The translations under genes and the position numbers were made by a program. Source: Octopus sinensis (Eukaryota). Taken from it: 64,000 nucleotides of DNA. The DNA lies in the NCBI RefSeq assembly GCF_006345805.1, contig NC_043004.1, positions 95,542,001 through 95,606,000 of the forward strand, given 5' to 3'. Positions 1 through 12,343 of this stretch are shown here, piece by piece. How positions within the stretch are numbered: position 1 is the stretch's first letter; every line of letters starts with the position of its first letter. Under the pieces are notes generated by a model, which was not told the origin of the DNA, searched no databases, and saw only the letters and a list, made by a program, of their open reading frames with translations.

Positions 1-40
1 TACATACATACATACTTATATATATACATACAAATATAAA

Positions 41-157
41 GATAGATTGATAAATAGATAGATAAATAGATAGATGGACCAACAGACAGGTAGATAGAAA
101 GATTACTTGATCGACAGACAGACAGACAGACAGATAGATAGATAGATAGATAGATGA

Positions 158-235
<78 letters not shown>

Positions 236-431
236 GAATGGATGGATGGATAGACAGACAGAGACAGCCAAATAGATAGATACATAGATTGATTGATAGA
301 TAGAGACAGACAGATATACAAACAGATTGATAGACAGACAGATAGATAGAATGATAGATAGATTGATTGATTGATAGATAGACAGATAGATAGATCGAGA
401 GAGAGACAGACAGACAGACACTCAGACAGAC

Positions 432-516
<85 letters not shown>

Positions 517-518
517 TA
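41..518. repeat. (GATA)n/(GACA)n microsatellite
   Basis: Long tagatagataga run; explains ORF 103..528. Confidence 0.97.
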
Positions 519-750
519 AATACCTCATCAGTTTTGGTTCATGATTTATTAATTAATTAGGGGATTTGACTTGGCCACATGACCATTAATAGATTACATG
601 CTGTTTTATGATTTTGAATGTAAATGACACAATTCTGTCTTAATTTCTGTAAGGAATACATCATTCAAGATTTGATGACTCATAACACATTAGTTTGAAT
701 GGCCACAACAGGCTATATTATAGGTTTATAATGGGATCATCCATATCATA

Positions 751-830
751 GTGGTGTTGTTGTTTAGCCCCAGGTCAGCTCTGGTCAAGCAGACCTATGA
801 TCAAAGGTGGTTTAGTCTTTCCTGTACCAT
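751..830 (-). mobile_element. Fragment of an unclassified dispersed repeat (family H)
   Basis: gttgtttagccccaggtcagctctggtcaagcagacctatgatcaaagg is the reverse complement of similar segments near 6280-6330, 6495-6530 and 7425-7470. Confidence 0.6.
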
Positions 831-870
831 CTTTATTGATGCTTTAGCATTCTTTTTTAATTATTTATTT

Positions 871-1238
871 TTTACTTGTTTCAGTCGTTACACTGTGGCC
901 ATGCTGGAGCACCACCTTGTAGAATTTTTAGTCGAATGACTTCACCCCAGTACTTAATAATTTTTAAAGCCTGTTACTTATTCTGTCAGTCTGTTTTGCT
1001 GAACTGCTAAGTTAGAAGGACATAAACACACCAGCACCAGTGTCAGGCGTTGGCCAGGGACAAACACAGACACAAACACACACACACACACACACACACA
1101 CATTCACAACAAGATTCTTTCAGTTTCTGTTAACAAATCTACTTGCAAGGCTTTGGCCAACACAAGGTGCCACACAATGGGACTGAACCCAGAACCATGC
1201 GACTGAGAATCATGCTTTTTACCGCACAGCCACGACTG
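871..1238 (-). mobile_element. SINE family A, diverged copy
   Basis: Matches the family A consensus seen many times here: head TGGCTGTGTGG...GGTTCAGTCCC, internal CA/TA tract, tail ...GACTGAAACAAGTAAAAGA. Confidence 0.85.
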
Positions 1239-1404
1239 TCACTTCTTTTCTTTTAATAAGCTACATCCTCTGAGAGACATTTGATTGCTATTTCTAGGAA
1301 TTCAAGTAACCATATAAATGGATTTCTAGAAGGTTCGTCCTGTTGACGTTGTTGATGTTTTTTGCTATTGTCGATGCTGTTGGATTCAGTTTCATTGCTG
1401 TTGA

Positions 1405-1408
1405 TGTT

Positions 1409-1454
<46 letters not shown>

Positions 1455-1562
1455 ACAACATCGTCGTCGTCGTCATCATCATCATCATCATCGACACACA
1501 TCATCATCATCATCATCATCACCATCATCATCATCACCACCATCATCATCATCATCACCACC

Positions 1563-1594
<32 letters not shown>

Positions 1595-1752
1595 CATCAT
1601 CACCATCGTCATCATCATCATCACCATCATCATCGTCATCATCATCATCATCATCATCATCATCGTCATCATCATCATCATCATCATCAACAACAACATC
1701 ATCATCGTCATCGTCGTCATTATTATTTTTATTATCATCATTATTATTATTA

Positions 1753-1783
<31 letters not shown>

Positions 1784-1851
1784 CATCATTATTGTTGATG
1801 TTGTTGATGATGTTATTATTATTATTGTTATTGTTATTATTATTATTATTA

Positions 1852-1882
<31 letters not shown>

Positions 1883-1990
1883 CATCATTGTTGTTGTTAT
1901 TACTGCAGCTGTTGTTTTTGTTGCTGGATAGTGTGTTGTTGTTGACTGCAGTTATATTGTTGTTGATGTTGTTGTTAATATTGCTCTTGT
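1405..1990. repeat. Compound trinucleotide array (ATC)n to (ATT)n to (GTT)n
   Basis: Seen directly; source of the poly-H/I/S/D ORFs. Confidence 0.97.
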
Positions 1991-2333
1991 TTGTTTCCAT
2001 TTCCTTCTTGTTTTTCTTTCCCCTCGTCATCATATCAATCACACCTTCATTTTTTTTTTCTTTTAACCAATCCAACTCTAATTAACTGTTATCAAATCAA
2101 TCTCTTCATTTAGTTTCATAATTTTGCTCTGATCAAAATAAATTAATCACACCACACACACACACACAGACACACACACTCACACACACGCATGCAACTT
2201 ACACACTTTGAATAACTTTCTATATATAGACAGAACCTTTATCAGTTTTTCTCTTGTATTTCTTTTCATACATACATACACACTTACACGCAGACATACA
2301 CAAACACATGCACATACACACACCTCTCTCCCT

Positions 2334-2387
<54 letters not shown>

Positions 2388-2484
2388 CCTTTCTCATTCT
2401 AGAAAATATATGACTGTGAATGTGTGATAGTATCTTTATCTATTTGTAAGTCGTATATTACTTGTGTGTGTGTGTGATGTGATG

Positions 2485-2495
2485 ATATAGATATA

Positions 2496-2538
<43 letters not shown>

Positions 2539-2579
2539 TATTATATATTAATATATATAATATATATAATATTATATAT

Positions 2580-2610
<31 letters not shown>

Positions 2611-2652
2611 ATATATATAATATATATATATAATAATATATATATATAATAT

Positions 2653-2690
<38 letters not shown>

Positions 2691-2740
2691 ATATATATAT
2701 ATATATATATAATGTATAATATATATATATATTATATATA

Positions 2741-2794
<54 letters not shown>

Positions 2795-2868
2795 ATATAT
2801 ATATAATGTATAATATATATATTATTATATATATATATTTGTATATATATATATATATTATATATATA

Positions 2869-2907
<39 letters not shown>

Positions 2908-2930
2908 ATATATATATATATATGTGTGTG
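2485..2930. repeat. (TA)n-rich microsatellite
   Basis: Seen directly. Confidence 0.97.
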
Positions 2931-3084
2931 TATGTGTGTGTATGAATGTATAGCCATGTGCTGAATAGGTATTTGATATATGGATGTGTTTGTATGAGCA
3001 TAGTAACACAAGCATGCATGCACACACGCACATGGAAAAATATGCATTAACACACACACACGTGCATGTGTGTGTGTGTGTGTG

Positions 3085-3317
3085 TGTATAAACGTTTATG
3101 TTTATATATGTGTATATGTATGTATACGCACATATACATACATACATATATATATATATATAATGTAATATAATATATATATATACACACGCATATACAT
3201 ATAAATACATACGTGTGTGTAAGAGTGTGTATGTGTGGTGTGTGTGTGTGTGTGCATGTGTGTGTGTGTGTATAAACGTTTATGTTTATATATGTGTATA
3301 TGTATGTATACGCACAT

Positions 3318-3348
<31 letters not shown>

Positions 3349-3409
3349 ATGTAATATAATATATATATATATACACACGCATATACATATAAATACATAC
3401 GTGTGTGTA

Positions 3410-3445
<36 letters not shown>
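3085..3445. repeat. Tandem duplication (period about 184 bp) of a TG/TA compound tract
   Basis: aacgtttatgtttata occurs at 3091 and 3275 with near-identical following sequence. Confidence 0.9.
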
Positions 3446-3447
<2 letters not shown>

Positions 3448-3913
3448 AACAAGGTGGTGGGGGGATCGAAACCATTCTAATCTTTACAGCTTTTAAGGCG
3501 CCACTTAGAAATTGATGAAGGCAAGTTACTGCATCTGACATTAGTGTTTAATTAACAAGCTAAGTTACTGAGGTGTCGTCGGTTGTGTGTGGAGGGGGAG
3601 GAAAACCATGAATAGTGGTGGAGGGGATGGGAGGGCGGGCTAAACCACTAGCAACATTATTTTGAGGCAGAAAGAGCATTTTTATTTGTAGCTTTTGTAG
3701 CTTTTTTTTTATTGTGGGAAGTTTATCGCTTTATTTATTTATTTATTTATTTAGTTAAGTTTGTTCTGTTTGTTCTTTTTGTCCTTTTTGTTTTTGTTTT
3801 TGTTTTTGTTTTGTTTTCGTTTTTGTTGTTGTTGTTTTGTTGACGTTGTTGCTGTTGCTAATTAATTTCATTCACTATCGGAAACTATTAGATAACGATT
3901 ACAGTTGATAAAG

Positions 3914-3947
<34 letters not shown>

Positions 3948-4284
3948 GACAACAGTAGCAGCAGCAGCAGTAGCAGCAGCAACAGTAGCAGCAATGACTG
4001 CAAGGTTTTGATAAAGGTAGTAAATAACAGTAACTTCAAGAACAATAACCTTTAATGAAAAAATAAAAAAAAAACAACAACAACAACAACGACGACAACA
4101 ACAACAACAACAACAATAACAACAGAGACATTGATAAAACAATGACTATAGCAACAACAGCAACACAAACAACATATTTAATGACAACAACAACGTCGTC
4201 AGCAATAAACGCATCTGTCCCACCACTGACAGGTAACAATGACAACAACAACAAAAACAACAAAAACAATAACAACATCATCAT

Positions 4285-4420
4285 CATCATCATCATCATT
4301 TAACGTCCGCTTTCCATGCTAGCATGGGTTGGACGGTTCAACTGGGGTCTGGGGAGCCCGAAGGCTGCACCAGGCCAGTCAGATCTGGCAGTGTTTCTAC
4401 AGCTGGATGCCCTTCCTAAC
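4285..4420 (-). mobile_element. SINE family C, 3' tail only
   Basis: (CAT)n-ttaacgtccgctttccatgctagcatggg...ggatgcccttcctaacgcc. Confidence 0.85.
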
Positions 4421-4469
4421 GCCACTGCTCCCTTTATCAACAGTAGCAATACAATCAGTATTGATGCAG

Positions 4470-4589
4470 AAACTACTCCTACTGCTACTACTACCTATAC
4501 TACTACTACTACTACTACTATTAGTACTAGTACTGCAGCTGCTATCCCCACCACCCTCACTACTACTACTGATGCTGCTGTTGCTACTT

Positions 4590-4640
<51 letters not shown>

Positions 4641-4655
4641 TCACTACTGCCACTA
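4470..4655. repeat. (CTA)n microsatellite
   Basis: Seen directly. Confidence 0.95.
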
Positions 4656-4664
4656 ATACTGCAG

Positions 4665-5000
4665 AGACCCCTTTCGGTCATGACTGACCATGGGATTGCA
4701 CCTAGAAAGTTAACCTCCCAGAAGCACAAGTCCGGGCAAGGTTGTTTTATGGAAGACCAGCAGTCACCCATGCATACCGGCCTCGCCTCTCCATGCCACT
4801 GGTGTTATCCAAGGGAAAGGCAAAGGGGCCGATACAGCTTGGCACCTGTGACGTCGCAACTCATTTCTACAGCTGAGTGAACTGGAGCAATGTGAAATAA
4901 AGTATCTTGCTCAAGAACACAACACGCAACCCGGTCCAGGATTCAAACTCACAACCTCACGATCGTAAGCACAACGTTCTAACCACTGAGCCATGTGCCT
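4665..5000 (-). mobile_element. tRNA-derived SINE family E
   Basis: Minus strand has A box TGGCTCAGTGG and B box GTTTGAATCC; high similarity to 36520-36849. Confidence 0.85.
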
Positions 5001-5089
5001 TCACTACCACTAATAAGGATAATAATAATAATATAATAATAATAATAAATAATAATAATAATAATAACAATAATAATAATTATGGTTTC

Positions 5090-5250
5090 AAATTTTGTCA
5101 CAAGGGCAGCAATTTTGAGGGAGGGGATGAGTCAATTACATCGACCCCAGTTTTCAACTGGTACTTATTTTATTTTATTGCCCCCAAAGAAAGAAAGGTA
5201 AAGTCAACTTCAGCAGAATTTGAACTCAAGAACACAGCAACAGACAAAAT
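5090..5250 (-). mobile_element. SINE family B (short-tail variant), partial
   Basis: Central gtcgactttgcctttcatcc-like domain plus tail ...cttgtgacaaaatttgaaacc. Confidence 0.75.
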
Positions 5251-5252
5251 AC

Positions 5253-5484
5253 CTATTTCTTTACTACCCACAAGGGGTTAAACACAGAGAGCACAAACAA
5301 GGACAGACAAATGGATTAAGTCGATTATATCGACCCCAGAGCATAACTGGTACTAATTTAATCGACTCCAAAAGGATGAAAGGCAAAGTCGACCTCGGCG
5401 GAATTTGAACTCAGAACGTCACGGCAGACAAAATACCGCTAAGCATTTCACCCGGCATGCTAATGATTCTGCCAGTTCACCGCC
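5253..5484 (-). mobile_element. SINE family B, full length
   Basis: Head GGCGGTGAACTGGCAGAA...GAGTTCAAATTCC; central GAGGTCGACTTTGCCTTTCATCCTTT. From recall this resembles the Meta/MESC SINE domain (unverified). Confidence 0.88.
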
Positions 5485-5560
<76 letters not shown>

Positions 5561-6674
5561 TACCATCAACAACAGTAACACCAAGAACAGCATTGATGTA
5601 GCTGCTGCATCAGTAGCAACAACAAATTACTTGTATATTAATAGAAAGTAACTACTTGCATAACAACAACAACAATAGCAACTACAACAAATCACAACAA
5701 TAACAACAACAGGAATTACAACCGTGTTTCATGGTCTGCTACCACAACAGCTCCTTTATAGGATCCAGTTAGCTCAAGACATCATCAGGAGGAACCACGT
5801 CCGGTTTTGGCCCCTACTCCTCTACCGTTTTGACGTGGCGCCCCCCCCCCCTTTCGGAGGTGTCTTCAGCTCTGGTGTTGGGTGCATGTCTTCTTTCTTC
5901 TGTTCCCTGGCCTCTTCGATGTATCGTCAGCGAGTGTCAGCCGGTGATTGACTGTCTTGTCAAATTTTTCCCTTTAAATACCTGCCGCATAGGCTCCAGC
6001 AGGCAGCCCCAGCAAGTTGTCACGTGACACTGTCTCACCTTAACTGACTAATGAAGGCATGTAGTTTTATCCCACGCTTTTTCTAAACGACAGTCACCTG
6101 ACAGGCAGTCCCAGCAAGTTGTCACGTACCAACGAGGGAGCCCCAACACAATTTCTGTATTCACAAAGAATAGCAGCCAAATCTCTTTCAAATTAAACTC
6201 AACCATCTAAAGAGTGATACACTGGAAATGTAGTCCCTTATATATAGAAAGACAGGATGTCATGGCTGGGATATCTTTAAGCATAGGTCTGTTCATCAGA
6301 GCTGGCCTGGGGCTAAACAATAGCAACAAACCAGCAACTGTGCCCCAGTGATGAAACTTGACCTTCCCAAAATAGCAGCTAAATCTCCAGCAGATCACAC
6401 CTTTTCAACTTGAAAAAGAAACACATTTAATAATATAGTCCTTAACACACTATTGAAAACATATGGGGTGGTCATGGTTAGAATTCCTTTAATCATAGGA
6501 TTGCTTGCTCAGGGCTGGCTAGGGGTTAAACAATATCAAGATATAAACCTTGGGAGGTGGTGTACAGTTGCTTAGATATGCTTTATCAAATAGCTAATAT
6601 CTACATGAACCAATAAGGAGGCGTCTGCATAGCTGTAGAGTCTACTAGAAATAACAGCTAAATCTCACTCAATA

Positions 6675-7328
6675 GATGCAGGTGTGGCTGTGTGGTAAGA
6701 AGCATACTTCTTACACACACAGCAAGGTGGTGAGCTGGCAGAAATGCTAGCACGCCAGGCAAAATGCTTAGCGGTATTTCGCCTGCCACTACGTTCTGAG
6801 TTCAAATTCCGCCAAGATCGACTTTGCCTTTCATCCTTTCGGGGTCGATAAATTAAGTACCAGTCGCACACTGGGGTCAATGTAATTAACTTAATCCCTT
6901 TATCTGTCCTTTTTTGTCCTCTCTATGTTTAGCCCCTTGTGGGCAATAAAGAAATAAGAAGCATGCTTCATAACCAAATGGTTCTGGGTTCAGTCCCACT
7001 GCATAGCAACTTGGGCAAGTGTCTTCTATTATAACCTCAAGCCGACCAAAGCCTTGTGAGTGAGTTTGGTAGATGGAAACTGAAAGAAGCCTCTGTGTGT
7101 GTGTGTGTGTGTCTTTGTGTCTTCGTTTGTTACCCACCACTGCTTGGCAACTAGGGTTGGTGTGCCTACATTCTCATAACCTAGCAGCTTAGCAAAGGAG
7201 AATGATATACATACCAGGTTTAAAAAGAGAATAGGTACTAGGGTTGATTAGTTCAACTAAAATTCTTTATGGTAGTGCCCCAGCATGGCTGCAGTCTAAT
7301 GAATGAAACAAGCAAAAAGTAAAAGATA
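6675..7328 (+). mobile_element. SINE A interrupted by SINE B (about 6723-6957)
   Basis: The A head stops at 6710 and resumes at 6955; duplicated taagaagcat(a/g)cttc flanks the insert. Confidence 0.85.
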
Positions 7329-7800
7329 AAAAAATTGTCTTAAAAAAAGGTGATATTGGATATTTATCCCAGGTTACCTGTACATAGAAAATCAACGGGA
7401 TGGTCACTGCAGAGTTGCCTTTGATAATAGGTCTATTTGTTAAGAGCTGACCTGGGGTTAAACAACAAAATCAGCAGCTGGTATTTACTTTATTGGCTTC
7501 AGAAAGAGGAAAGGCAAAAACAATCCAACCAAATGAGATTTGAACTCAGAACTTAGACCTAACTAAATACTGCAAACCTATTTTGTCAACCATTATTGCC
7601 ATACCCATGTACAAAGAATTGTACATGTCATAGGAGCATGGCAAGAAATTAAGAGGTATGTGTTAATTAGTTAAATCAACCCCAGTAATTAACTAGTAAT
7701 TTGTTTCATTGACCCTAAAAAAAAATGAAAGGTCAGAATAACTTCAATGGGATTTGAACACTGAATGCAAAGAATCAGAATGAATACCACAAGATACTTT

Positions 7801-8192
7801 GGTGATTGTGTGGTAAGTAGCTTGTTTACCAACCACATGGTTCCGGGTTCAGTCCCACTGCGTGGCATCTTGGGCAAGTGTCTTCTGCTATAGCCCCGGG
7901 CCGACCAATGCCTTGTGAGTGGATTTGGTAGACGGAAACTGAAAGAAGCCCGTCGTATATATGTATATACGCGTGTGTGTGCTTGTGTGTCTGTGTTTGT
8001 TCCCCTAGCATTGCTTGACAACTGATGCTGGTGTGTTTATGTCCTCGTAACCTAGCAGTTCAGCAAAAGAGCCCGATAGAATAAGTACTGGGCTTACAAA
8101 GAATAAGTCCCAGGGTCGAGTTGCTCGATTAAAGGCGGTGCTCCAGTATGGCCACAGTCAAATGACTGAAACAAGTAAAAGAAAAAAAAAAA
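7801..8192 (+). mobile_element. SINE family A
   Basis: Near-consensus copy. Confidence 0.92.
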
Positions 8193-8239
8193 GATCTGAT
8201 CCATGCAAAAATAATTGTAACTGCAACAAAATAAGTATG

Positions 8240-8640
8240 GCTAGTTTTGGGCCTCTGTCGGTCATGGATAATGTCATCCATCCGTTGAGTTGTCTATTCA
8301 GTTTTTGCAACGCCTCCTGTTGCTGTAGAGACCGATGTGAGAGTGGCAGTCTCATTTGCGGAGGTCACACCTATACATTGAATCCGGTCTGTTGGCTGTC
8401 ATTTCTTTCCTGCGGGCTCGGTTTTCACCTGCCACTACCCTCAAATTCTCTTCGCTGGTCTGCAGTTGTTTGTGAAGAGTGCCTCTCCAGCTGGTTCGGT
8501 CGGCTGCGAGATCCTCCCAGGAATTGGCATTGATTCCAAGTGCCTTCATATCCCTCCTGCATATGTCTCTGTACCACAGCTTCGGGCGGCCAATGTTTCT
8601 CCACCCTGCAACAAGCTCTCCGAAGAGGACATCCTTTCAG
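8240..8640 (-). mobile_element. RTE-clade LINE 3' end (decayed ORF2 C-terminus)
   Basis: Translates KDVLFGELVAGWRNIGRPKLWYRDICRRDMKALGINANSWEDLAADRTSWR...CDLRK*DCHSHIGLYS, a typical RTE/BovB-like C-terminus. Confidence 0.9.
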
Positions 8641-8896
8641 ACGGATGACTGATTGAGCCATTAGAAATAGCAGCTACATCTCACTCAAGTCACAACCAGC
8701 TACTTTTTCTTTTTTTTAAATAAAAGAATAGGGTTATGGGGGAAGTACGCTGTAAACATTCAAAAACCAAAAAAAAAAAAAAGAAGACAAGATGGTGGTC
8801 ACAGCTGGACTGCCTTTGATTAGATATCTTCTAGATGAGGTCTAACTGAAGTTACACATCACCACCATTATCATCATCGTCGTCAACAACAGCAAT

Positions 8897-9282
8897 GTGG
8901 AAGCACTCCGTCAGTTACGACGACGAGGGTTCTGGTTGATCCGAAACAACGGAACAGCCTGCTCGTGAAATTAACATGTAAGTGGCTGAGCACTCCACAG
9001 ACACGTGCACCCTTAACGTAGTTCTCGGGGATATTCAGCGTGACACAGAGAGTGACAAGGCCGGCCCCTTTGAAATACAGGTACAACAGAAACAGGAAGT
9101 AAGAGTGAGAGAAAGTTGTGGTGAAAGAGTACATCAGGGATCACCACCATCCCCTGCCGGAGCCTCGTGGAGCTTTTAGGTGTTTTCGCTCAATAAACAC
9201 TCACAACGCCCGGTCTGGGAATCGAAACCGTGATCCTATGACCGCGAGTCCGCTGCCCTAACCACTGGGCCATTGCGCTTCC
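8897..9282 (-). mobile_element. tRNA-derived SINE family D
   Basis: Head GCGCAATGGCCCAGTGGTTAGGGCAGCGGACTCGCGGTC...GTTTCGATTCC; the head is shared with 53147. Confidence 0.88.
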
Positions 9283-9454
9283 ACTACAATAATAGCACCA
9301 ACAACGATAACAGAGTCAAGGCTACCTCCATGGTAGTTATAGTATTAAGAAATAAACTTGTTTTATTCCGTTTGTATTCACGGTTCAGAGGTACCTTACT
9401 TTCAAAGTATTTTCCCATTATGCGCCGGTTTGGCTACATAAATTCTACATAAAT

Positions 9455-9553
9455 TCGCTCAATAAACACTCACAACGCCCGGTCTGGGAATCGAAACCGT
9501 GATCCTATGACCGCGAGTCCGCTGCCCTAACCACTGGGCCATTGCGCCTCCAC
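9455..9553 (-). mobile_element. Second copy of the SINE D head only
   Basis: Almost identical to about 9186-9282. Confidence 0.85.
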
Positions 9554-9655
9554 AACAACAACAACAGCAATAAGATCTATAGCAACAAACTTACAATCAA
9601 ATGAGACAAACATGACTGTAGCAACAAACGCACCAGCAGTAACAGAAATATAAAC

Positions 9656-9687
<32 letters not shown>

Positions 9688-10499
9688 CAACAACAACAGC
9701 ACAGCTCTTATTTCCACAATAAAACCAGACATCTTACATGAAAACAATTAAACACATTTCATTTTGTGACTCATATTTACTCTCGTTATTGTGCTATACT
9801 TTATTATTCATTACATCGTTAGCTGTTATTGTTGTTTTTGCGGTTATTTGTTGTAAATTTTATCATTTTATTTTATTTCATCTTATTTTATTTCGTTTTG
9901 TTGTTGAAGTGAAAATTTATAATTATTTCTTTGTATTACCAGAAATTGAAACATAATTAATTGGTTTTCGCAAATTAGTGTAGTTTTATGCTTGCACCTT
10001 TTGACAGGTGAGTACTCTAATTACACTCAGGTGCCACATTAACATGTTTTAATATTCTCCAGTTAAGCTTATTGATGTTGTTACAGTTGTTGTTGTTGTT
10101 GTTGTTATTTCATTGTTGATGTTACTGTCATTACTATTGTTGTTGTTGTAGTTGTTGTTGTGTTAGCTTTGGTTCTTCCAGTTAAACAGCCTTCATATTC
10201 TATATCTCTCGATGTCACTGAAACTACAAAAGACTTCACATGCGATGGCGTTTAACTCCAGTTTCATGACATTAAGTGGATAAGAACTAAATGTTCCTTA
10301 ATTAGGATGCCATCAGATAGAGGAGACTCTCTCAGAATAACCAGTATATATCCCAGACATGATGCTGAAATGGACTTCACACAATTCCAAGATGTAAAGT
10401 TGGATTCCTTGAATAAACTGTGAAATTTCTGCATTGGCATTGAACTCATTAACTTGGCAATCCGTCAATTTAATACACTTATTTGGTTTCTTCACATAT

Positions 10500-10710
10500 C
10501 ATCCTCTTCCTCCTTCCTTCTCTACCTCCTCTTCATCTTCCATCTTCCATCTCTTCCAGTTCTTCCTCCTCTTTTTCTTCTTCCTTTTCCCCTTTCTCTT
10601 GCTCTTCTTCTCCTTCCTCTTCCACCTCTTCCACTTCTTCCTACTCTCTATCTTCTTCCTCTTCCCCCTTCACTTGATCTTCTTCCTCTTCCTCTACCCT
10701 CTCCTCTTTA
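10500..10710. repeat. Polypyrimidine (CTT/CCT)n tract
   Basis: Seen directly. Confidence 0.95.
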
Positions 10711-10994
10711 CCTTTTATTTGTTTCAGTCATTAGACTATGGCCATACTGGGGTACTACCATGAAAAATTACAGCCAAATGAATTGTTCCCAGTACGTATT
10801 CTTATTTTTTTTTAAGTCAGTAAATTATTTTATCAGTTTCTTTTGCTGAGCTGCTAAGTTATGAGGGTGTAAACATACTAACACTTGTTGTCTAGTAGTG
10901 GTAGGGGACAAACACAAGTACAAAGACACACACACACATATATGGCATACTTCTTTCAGTTTCCATCTTCCAAATTCACTCACAAGTCTGCAGT

Positions 10995-11400
10995 ACAGCA
11001 ACTCAATCTGGAGCGAATTGTATCCTTCAGTCCAACAAAAGAAACCTATCCATGTGTTTGCACCTGCTAAAAATTTCAGGTCTGGAATTAAACAGTGTGT
11101 TGGAACTTTTGGATCTAGGAAGAATATGGGATCCTTCTGCTATGCATAAGTTGCATATCCTTGCCATATTTTCTGTTATTTTGTTCTATAGCAGCTGTAT
11201 TAATTGTGGTTTCTGCAATCAGAGAGGACAGAGATCTCGGTTTTCTTGATTTTGTTTCTTTCTTCTCATCCCACTTTTTTATACCAACCTTCTTCGCATT
11301 TTTTTCATAGACTTTTTTTTTGACACTGTCAAGCATCCTTTCTTTAAAACATATCTAACACAGAGCCTGAAAGGTTGCTTGAAGACATATGGCAAGTTTT
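10995..11400 (-). mobile_element. Decayed Penelope-like element, GIY-YIG endonuclease C-terminal region
   Basis: Frame reads ENMARICNLCIAEGSHILPRSKSSNTLFNSRPEIFSRCKHMDRFLL, matching the CxLC...LNxRxE...CxH motif of PLE endonucleases. Confidence 0.7.
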
Positions 11401-11539
11401 TATAATTATGCCTGGTTAAAGTATCATACAAACATAAAACTGTTAGTAGCTATTTCAGTATGTGAATTAAATTGATATTTATCTCTCACTAGATGGAGTA
11501 CTTTTTTGTTTTTGATTGGATCGATATATATATATATAT

Positions 11540-12343
11540 CTGACCGTACGACAGGCACCCATGCCAACCCCCTTGCTTGCGAAGACATGTTGGGGCAAGC
11601 GAAATCGAATTGAACCAGCCAGGATCCCTGGTCTGGTGGTACGTAAAAAGCACTATCCGACTCGTGGCCGATGCCTCCACTGGCTTCCGTGCCGGTGGCA
11701 CGTAAAATACACCAATCTGACCGTACGACAGGCACCCATGCCAACCCCCTTGCTTGCGAAGACATGTTGGGGCAAGCGAAAACGAAATGGAAATCGAATT
11801 GAACCAGCCAGGATCCCTGGTCTGGTGGTACGTAAAAAGCACTATCCGACTCGTGGCCGATGCCAGCGCCGCCTCCACTGGCTTCCGTGCCGGTGGCACG
11901 TAAAATACACCAATCTGACCGTACGACAGGCACCCATGCCAACCCCCTTGCTTGCGAAGACATGTTGGGGCAAGCGAAATCGAAATCGAATTGAACCAGC
12001 CAGGATCCCTGGTCTGGTGGTACGTAAAAAGCACTATCCGACTCGTGGCCGATGCCAGCACCCCCTCGTTTGGCTTCCGTGCAGGTGGCACATAAAATAC
12101 ACGATTCCGACCGTGGCCGTTGCCAGCCTCGCCTGGCACCTGTGCAGGTGGCACGTAAAAAGCACCCACTACACTCACGGAGTGGTTGGCGTTAGGAAGG
12201 GCATCCAGCTGTAGAAACACTGCCAGATAAGACTGGAGCCTGGTGCAGCCTTCTGGCTTCCCAGATCCCCGGTCGAACCGTCCAACTCATGCTAGCATGG
12301 AGAACGGACGTTAAACGATGATGATGATGATGATGATGATGAT
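11540..12343 (+). mobile_element. SINE family C with a triplicated 5' module
   Basis: Three tandem units (periods 177 and 198 bp), then tail ggttggcgttaggaagggcatcc...ggacgttaaac(gat)n. Confidence 0.9.

Noticed and set aside
526-655. Minus-strand segment bounded by good splice sites
   Set aside because: All three frames contain stops; at best a non-coding exon.
103-3452. Long ORFs rich in YLSI, poly-H/I/D/M and YI repeats, and similar ORFs throughout the window
   Set aside because: They are translations of microsatellites with no compositional complexity.
11541-12060. CRISPR-like repeat array
   Set aside because: Units are about 190-bp tandem copies without unique spacers; eukaryotic context; no cas genes.
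12110-12170. HDV-like ribozyme (CCAG-CCTCGC-CTGG resembles P3/L3)
   Set aside because: I could not place P1, P1.1 or P2 consistently.
11424-12220. ORFs of 179-243 aa with internal repeats
   Set aside because: They arise from the tandem SINE C units, are open on both strands and show no protein motif.
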